64,000 nucleotides of DNA. Origin: Vicugna vicugna. Its lineage: Eukaryota. Position numbers and translations under genes: made by a program. How positions within the stretch are numbered: position 1 is the stretch's first letter; the number at the start of each line of letters is the position of its first letter. Of the stretch, positions 56,900 through 64,000 are shown piece after piece. The notes beneath the pieces are model-generated. The model had not been told where the DNA came from and searched no databases. It saw only the letters and a list, made by a program, of their open reading frames with translations. The stretch lies in contig MU061578.1 in NCBI GenBank assembly GCA_013265495.1, positions 3,481,308-3,545,307 of the forward strand, read 5' to 3'.

Positions 56900-57330
56900 C
56901 GGGAGGAAAGGTCCGTTCAGCAGGCTACGGACCCCCAGGCGGGGCACAGGAACAGCGAGCACGTCCGAGCCGCCCACTGCTACCACTTTCCACCTGGCCG
57001 CACGCACTCGAAGCGCACTTGGGAGATCCCTTCCGGATCGAAGCCGGAAGGGGCGGGATGTGCCGGGGGTGGGGGGGCCCGTCCACCGGCACCGGGGCGG
57101 GGCCTTCGCGGTACGTCTCCGTGCGTGTCGCGGCCATCTTGGAGCCGGGCGGCGACGTCTTCAGGGGCGGGAGCGTGGCGTGGAGGGAGCTTCCGCTGTC
57201 ACGTGTGTGACTCAGATTTTCCTTTCACCTGGCTTCCCAGGCTCCTATTAAGTTATGGCAGGTGACCTTTGAGGCGGTCGGGCACTCCCACGCCGGCATT
57301 GGTGAGCGTGACCGGTCGCGGGACTCCGTG
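56900..57330. promoter_or_regulatory. Orphan CpG-island promoter-like element
   Basis: Inverted ETS pair CTTCCGG-n7-CCGGAAG (57030-57050), GC boxes, YY1-type GGCCATCTTGG (57132-57142) and E-box GTCACGTG (57198-57205). No recognisable protein-coding gene attached. Confidence 0.65.
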
Positions 57331-58964
57331 ACAAAAGTTGGAGACTAAGAGAGCCAGAAGTCCCTCTGCCCAGCTCACTCCCCGCTCTCAAGTCTTCCCA
57401 GGTTTCTCCACCCAGCGCCCCCTCAAGTCCCCCCGACTCAGGTCACCATCTCAGATACCCCTTCTCATGTCCCCTCTCAGGCGCCCCCTCACGTCCCCTA
57501 CCTCAGATCCTCCCTTCCCAGGTCCCCCCATCCCACGTTGCCCCTGTCAAGGGGACACCGTCCTTCCAACTCAAAGAGCTTTCTTGGAAACCTGAGCCAC
57601 GTTGTTACAGCTGCGTTTTGAGGAATGTCGTGAAGCTATACACCAGGCACTTCTGTGTGAAACGTGTGCAGAGAGGCGACAGTGGACAAAGATTGTCTTC
57701 CGATGTGACCCAGTTAAGGACTTTGGTCTCTGTCCTGGTGGCCTGTGGCTTGCACAGCAAGGAGGTGAGGCTTACAGGGAGCAGGAGGGGCTTGTTAGAG
57801 ACAAAATCCAGCGAATCAAGGCACAGGTTTGCATACGATTAAGCCTGGTCTCCTGAGACCCACATCCAACCTTGCCCCAGCTCTCTGCTAGGGTGTGGAT
57901 GGCAGCTCCCACCAGAAGTGGTTGTGGCATCTAGTGGGTGGAGGCCAGGGGTGTTGCTCAACACCCGTGTGCCCAGGGTGGCCCTGCCACTGCCCTATGT
58001 TGTTGAGTCCGAGTTCTGGCCTCCAGGCCGCCTCTCCTAGTTCCTTCACAGCCCTTCCCTCATCAAAGGCTCCTGACCTGGCCATCGGCAGGTTCTGGGT
58101 TGTGCAAGTCGAAAAGACCCACGGTATAGAGGTCCCTATTGGGCAGATGCGTGGTGGTGTCAGGCAGCTCTGTCCTCCCGTGTCCCCTTGCTTGGTTCTT
58201 ACCACTAGGTGGAGCCACAGGCCCACGCAGTTGCAGCCCCGCGGTCCAGATGCCAGGCGCAGCTTTCACATTCAGTCTCAGAACCCTGCTTCTATTAAGT
58301 AGTGACATCTAGGTGTATTTACTGTGTTAGAAACGGAAATGGAGAAGCCATAACGCTTATGCTTTTCACTTAAAACCAACAATTATAATTCCACTACATG
58401 TGAACAACATGCTTTAATGAAAACCAGCATTATTTTCCCATCGTTTTACATTTGTGCAGATCTCCTAAAGGAGCTGCATTCTCAGCTCTGCTTCTGCCTT
58501 CACTTGGTTTTGACATTGCCTGTCCCACAGCGTTTGGAACAGCACACTGTGCCCTTTCAAGAGATCGCGGGTGAGAAAAGACTGTTCTTAGCTGCCCTAT
58601 GAAAACCAGACCTTGTGCCCCTGGTCCCACCTAGAGAACCTTGTATGCCTGACTCATGCACTTTCTCATGTTCTGTCCACATTGATTTGCTGCATTTTGA
58701 TTACTTTCATTGAAGATAAGGAGGGTCAGACATAAACTATTTTAAGTGATTTTATGGCGAGAAACGAGCTTGTGGAAATCTGATTTGTAATCATGCTTAC
58801 CCTGCCCCCTAGTCTTGCTGAGGCCCAGATATTTGGGATTCCCAGAGGACACTGTCTATGTCAGAGACTGCAGGTGATCAAGGGGATCCTGGTCCTTTCA
58901 CTTTTTGGGGTCATTGGAGAGACTGGGCTGATATGATTATGGGGCTGTCTTGCTACTTTAAAAA

Positions 58965-59400
58965 AATAATTAATAGACTTTAATTTTTTTAGAGTACTAT
59001 TAGGTTTATAGAAAAACCAAGCAGAAAGAACTGAATTGCTCTGTGTCCCACTGCCCTGCGCATCCCTGTCAGTGACCTCTACTTTGGTGAGGTGCACTCA
59101 TCACAATTATGAACTGATTTTGACCCTGTGTTAACTAATACCGGTGTTCTATCCAGAGTCCTCTTCCTGCCCCAGACCCCTGTGATGTGTGGTCCTCATG
59201 TTTCCTGGGCTTCTCTGGGACAGGGTCTTGGACTTCATGGAGTTTTCAAGGCCTTAATCATTCTGAGGTACTGGTCAGGGATTTTGCAGGATGCCCCTCA
59301 GCTGGTGTTTGCTGGATGTTTTTCTCATGGTTAGACAGGAAAACGGTGGCTACTTTGGACCATGATCTTTCTGTATATCCTGCTTCCCTCCCCGGAGACT
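58965..59400 (-). mobile_element. Old L1 (L1MC/MD-like) 3' fragment
   Basis: 'tttaatttttagagtactattaggtttatagaaaaa', 'tactggtcagggattttgcaggatgcccctc', 'tttttctcatggttagac'. Confidence 0.7.
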
Positions 59401-60960
59401 GAGAGGGACTGGAGGCACAGAACAGGGTCCTTCCTGTCCTCCTTGAAGGGAGAGGGAGGGAGGGAAGGGACACGAGAGCACAGCATCCCTGGGCCAGGAG
59501 AGCACACATGTCATAGGAGCAGCAACAACTAAGCAGGGCCTGACACCCTCGAGCACCTGGGGTGAGCATCTGGTAGGAAGATCTGGCTGGGAGCACCTGG
59601 TGGCAGCACCTGGCGGGGAGCCCTGCAGCCTTTCCTGGACTGAGGCCTTGTCTCAGGGAGAGCGGAGGCTCTGCTTTGGTGAAGGGCTCTCAGGTCCCTG
59701 TGGCCGGGCTCTATCCAGGGAGCATCTGTCCTCCCAGCTCAGCCCATGGTTCCTGGGATCCAGTGGGCACCCCTAGCCCAGCCAACCTGCTGTCTCCACG
59801 CTGGGCTTGCTCTTGGGTAAGCTAATGGGATTGTGTGTTCAGTCTGCGACCTCCCCGGCATCCCCCTCTGGCTTTTCTGGGAGGCTTCACTCTGGCCTTG
59901 GGGTTTTCCCGGCGACTCGAGGCACTGTTTTCATCTGCTTTACCCCTGAGGATCCACGTGAAGCTTTGTGGACCCCGATTGTACTGGTCATGGGCCACTG
60001 ACTCTTGCTGAGGGCCAGGCTCCACAGGGACAGGTGGGAGGGAAATGGGGAGCATGGGTGTGCACACGGACAAGGTGGTGGCCATAGGGGTTGGGGGATA
60101 CTCTGGGCTGAGTGGTTCGGGCTTGACTGGGAGTAGGGGCCCACTCCAGGCCGTCCCCATCACCTTCCCAGTGCTTGGGATGAGAGCAGCCTGGAACCCC
60201 ATGGCCATCTGGCCCTCACTCCTCATTGTCCTGGTGACAGCTCGTTTGTGGAAAAGCCTGTTTCCTTCTTAGAAAAAGTGTGTTTGGTTCCATTCTCTGC
60301 TGACATGTCTTTACTCAGTGAGGATTGAGGCTCTTGGCTTTTCATAGATATTCTTAACGAGCCCCTGTTTCCTGTTGTCCCTCAGACACAGCTGATGAGC
60401 AGTCTTCCCATCTGCAGGACCTGCCGAGGCAGCCCTCTTGGGCAGCAGGATGTTGCTGCAGAGGTACTTGCTGCCTTTGGGAGACGGTTTCCTGGCCCTT
60501 CTTTTCTGTTGGCTCCCAGTTTCTTTCAGGCCCTTCACCTGTGTACACCCCCTGCCCAACAGCCTCCCCAGCTGAGGAATCCACTAGCAGTTAAAGCAGA
60601 AACAGAACCAGCCCTGCCCCCTAAAATTGAACTTTTGTTGTTTGTCTTCAGAAAAGGAAACCAAATGTTGATTTGGGCTTGTCTGGATTGTTTCAGCCAT
60701 GGATGAACAGCCAGACCTTCCCGTTTCAACATCCAGACGCCTCTTTTCTCCCTCCCTAACGGCGGATCAGAAGCGCTTTTGTTGTTTACGACACAAGCCA
60801 CCCCATTTCACTGCCAGAGAGCTCAGAGCTCTCTGTGTAAGAAATGGAGGTAAGAGAAAGGAAAGCAGGAGGGCTCCCTGCTGACTGTGCACCCATGATC
60901 CTCTGTGCCCTGGGAGTTGGGTTCATGAATGGTCTGGTATTTCAGGGACCCACCTTATTT

Positions 60961-61160
60961 TGGAGCCAGACTACTAGGGTTCACACTCTGGTGGTGTCCC
61001 TTCCCAGCTGTGTGGCTTCAGCTTCTCTGTGCCCTGGTTTCTTCACTTGCAAACAGGGATTAACCCACCGGGTGTGAGGGTTAGATAAATTAATACATGG
61101 AAAGGGCCAATGATTAGTGCCAGGTAAGTGGTGGCCCAAGATGATGGTGGTGGTGATGAT
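60961..61160 (+). mobile_element. MIR SINE fragment
   Basis: 'tggagccagactactagggttca', 'cagctgtgtgg', 'ttctctgtgccctggtttcttcacttgcaaa', 'gtgagggttagataaattaatacatg'. Confidence 0.7.
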
Positions 61161-61689
61161 ATTAGGAAAAAACATATGAAGAAATATAGTACATAAAAAC
61201 AAACAAGATGTGTGTAAACTCACTGAATGTCAAAACATAATTTAGAGAGTGACTTGAATTATGAAAGTACTCACTGCTTGGTTCTTTCTGGTGCTGTAGT
61301 ACATATTGAATTGACAAAATATTTGGGTCTCAGCCATTTCCAAGCACATGTCTCTTGTAGGGATTTAAGAATGCTTGTCCCTATAGTTTCTGGAAGGGGA
61401 GGGGGATTTATTCATCTTCTTCCAAGTGGAAAAAACTGATGTATTAGGACAGAAATCTTGCCTTTTGTAATTGTCACAAGAATTCGTCAGATGCCCTAAA
61501 CACAACCACGGTTTCACTTCTCCACAGTGGGCTCCCAGGCTGCCACAGGGGCCGCACTCTCCTGTTGGTTCCTTCTTCACTGGGTATTTCAGCCACTCTC
61601 TCTTGGGAGATCGAGTAGCCCTTAAAAGATCTGCTGGGCCTGGTCTTAGAGGAAAGAGCAGATACAGCCCACACAGTAGCAACTCACGC

Positions 61690-62239
61690 TGACCCAGGTC
61701 ACCAAAATATACCACCTTGGCATGAAGCTGAAGGCAGTTGAGAATCAACAGATGCAGAAAGAAGCCTTTTTGGAGCTTTCCTCATCTGACTAAAAGCAAC
61801 TTCTGGGAAATAGGGCTGCCGTAAATTCCTTCAGTAGGGCAGGTCCACTTCCAAAGGGAGTACTTCGAGTACAGCCTACCCCAAATCCCATCTGGGGAGG
61901 GGAGAAGTTTATGGCCCTGAAGGAGATGGAAAGACCGCTCAGACCTGTGTAGACATTAACACCAACTTCCTTATGTGTGGATTATTCTCCTACAACCCAT
62001 TTGTCTTATCTAAAGAGATTTATTTGTTTTTCCTATAAGAAGGCTTTTTTCTTGACTCTCTTTTCCCTATAAAGCTAGGTAGATAAGCATCAAATAAAAA
62101 CCATTTACTGAGCTAGCTACTTTCCTTGGCTCCCATGTGCATGCTAGTGGACTTTTTCCTTCTATTAATCTGTTGTCAGTCCACACGCCTCAGTTACTGA
62201 ACTTAAGAGGGTAGAGGAAAAGGTATTTCTTCCCCTACA
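61690..62239 (+). mobile_element. ERV1 solo LTR (MER34-like)
   Basis: Start 'ccaaaatataccaccttggcat..gctgaaggcagttgaga..cagatgcag' and end 'gggtagaggaaaag..ttcttcccctaca' match the MER34/MER4-group LTR pattern as recalled. Confidence 0.7.
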
Positions 62240-63794
62240 GCCTCCACCACAGAGGCTCTCTAACTTGCCAGATATGAAGATGGGGTGAGGCGATGGGGGT
62301 GGAGGGGGCATGGGGATGTGGGGGTTGGGAGTTGGGACTGAGGACCCCTACACCCGCCCTCTGTCCCTACTCGTCTTAAATGTGACACCATGCTGGCAAA
62401 ACTCACCAGAATGAGCGAGAAGATCAAGATTGATCCCCTCAGCAGACAAATGATGGCTTTTCATCCAGAAACAAAACACTGTCAGGTAGTGACAGTGAGT
62501 GAGAAAAGAGGTCCTAGTGAAGGCAGGCAGAGGCTGTGGAGAAGGGAGGGGCGGGCCTTCTGCAGGGCGGGTGATTCCTTGTGGTCTTGGGGGGCTACAC
62601 GTATCGGAAAGTTGGGAAAAAAAATTCTTAGTTTTTTTCCTGTTTGGTTTAAATTGGGTTCAAGATGTCTCACGTAGGAAACCAGAGGAATTTACTGCAT
62701 GCCATCACCACACCCAAACTTGCCATCTCCTTGGCGCTCAGAGAACCATGAGTCCATCGGCTCCCTTGCCTGGGCCAGCAGGAGCCACTGGGGCTCGGCC
62801 AGCTCTGGTGAACCTCTGACCTCAGGAGGAGCTGGAGCAACCTGCATACTGCAGACGTGTGTCTGTCCTCCTGCACGCCTCCCCGTAACCAGGGGCAGAT
62901 GTGGTGGGCAGAGGTTTGCTGAAATGACTTAGAATGTTTATCGTTAGAAACCTTGTTTTCAGGTTGCAAGTGTAAGAAGTCATACCCGTGTTTTCCTGTA
63001 GATGCAGAAGAGCATAGTTTCTGAATTTTGGGTAGCTCCTTTAAATTGTGCTGGTTGTTCAGGGAGAGACACTGTAGAACTTAGCGTTAAGATGCAAAAT
63101 GCTTTTAACACGGCTCCCTAATTGCATGTGCTTAGAGCGCATCTGGTGAGAGTTACATGGGCCCTGCTTTTGTAAACGGATCTATTGCCGCTTTATCAAA
63201 GGCAGAAAATTAGGGGCTACTGAGCCCACTGTGCAGGGGATGGACGTGGTGGCACAACTCTGAAGCAGTAGAAGACATCTTACGTGTGATGTTTGTCACT
63301 GTTTTAAGCTTAAGAGTGACATTTGGTATTGCAATGCATCATCTGGCTGTTTTAGACGAACTTTGGTCCTTCTGACTCTCTCCAGGATTTGAGGTGGCAG
63401 TGCACTCGCATTTCGATGGTGTGGAAGCCCTGGCTGCCATCTTACCATGCACACAGCTTGAGGTGTCGGCCTGGCCTCTGGGCTGTTCCTTATCCTCTGG
63501 GATAATTGGGATCAAGTTCTTCCCAGGAGAAAATAAAATATACTGGATGAAAATGTCCTCTGATCAAAGAGCCTGAACAAGGAAACACCCAGGAGGTCAT
63601 TAAAAGGCTGAGATCACCCGTTCCCCTGTTTCCAAAAATCTACCAAAAGCCACAGCCTGGGAGCTGGGCGGGGCGTGTTGGAGAGCCCTGAGAGCCTGAG
63701 GTGAACACTGGGACCCCATACGCCCAGGGTCCTCCTTACGCAGTGGGCTAAAGAAAGACCAGTGGAAACAGGAGAAAGACAAACAACCCAATTA

Positions 63795-64000
63795 GAAATG
63801 CACAAACAGACATTTCCCCAGAGAAGATAGGTAGATGGCCGGCAAGCACCTGAAAAGATGCTCTTCAAAATGCAAGTCAGAACCACCACAGGCACCACTC
63901 ACCCCTACCCTGGTGATTATAACAATGAAAATGCAAAACAACAGGTGCTGGCGAGGACATGGAGAAACTGGAAGCCTCGTGCGTGGCTAGTGGGGACATA
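63795..64000 (+). mobile_element. Old L1 ORF2 3' fragment (runs off the window)
   Basis: 'acagacatttccccagagaaga', 'aagcacctgaaaagatgctc', 'aggtgctggcgaggacatggagaaactggaa'. Confidence 0.75.

Noticed and set aside
52000-56900. PRR25 ortholog or other protein-coding gene distal to GNG13
   Set aside because: No ORF resembles a protein I recognise, and PRR25 is itself a weakly supported prediction.
61365-61748. 127-aa minus-strand ORF next to the LTR
   Set aside because: Partly overlaps the MER34-like LTR, with no recognisable domain or splice context.

Overview
GC-rich mammalian genomic DNA with conserved gene order CIAO3(NARFL)-MSLN-MSLNL-RPUSD1-CHTF18-GNG13, syntenic to human 16p13.3. The tRNA-derived SINEs resemble the camelid type, so the species is probably a camelid (inference). 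I built all six genes exon by exon from GT-AG sites and phase continuity. All are open; CIAO3 is cut off at the left edge. Two observations stand out. (1) Between CIAO3 and MSLN on the minus strand (about 9.7-15.1 kb) is a decayed, intron-containing relic that matches stereocilin (STRC) collinearly at more than 15 peptide anchors. It appears to be a third member of the mesothelin/otoancorin/stereocilin superfamily next to MSLN and MSLNL. (2) MSLN has an in-frame deletion of the six exons encoding most of megakaryocyte potentiating factor (MPF), giving 401 aa with a weakened furin site, while MSLNL (700 aa) is intact and keeps that half. Other features: a palindromic poly(A) signal between CHTF18 and GNG13, an orphan CpG-island promoter near 57 kb, L1/MLT1/MER34/MIR/SINE repeats and two N gaps. 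Reference protein and repeat sequences were compared from memory, not by database search, and need confirmation.
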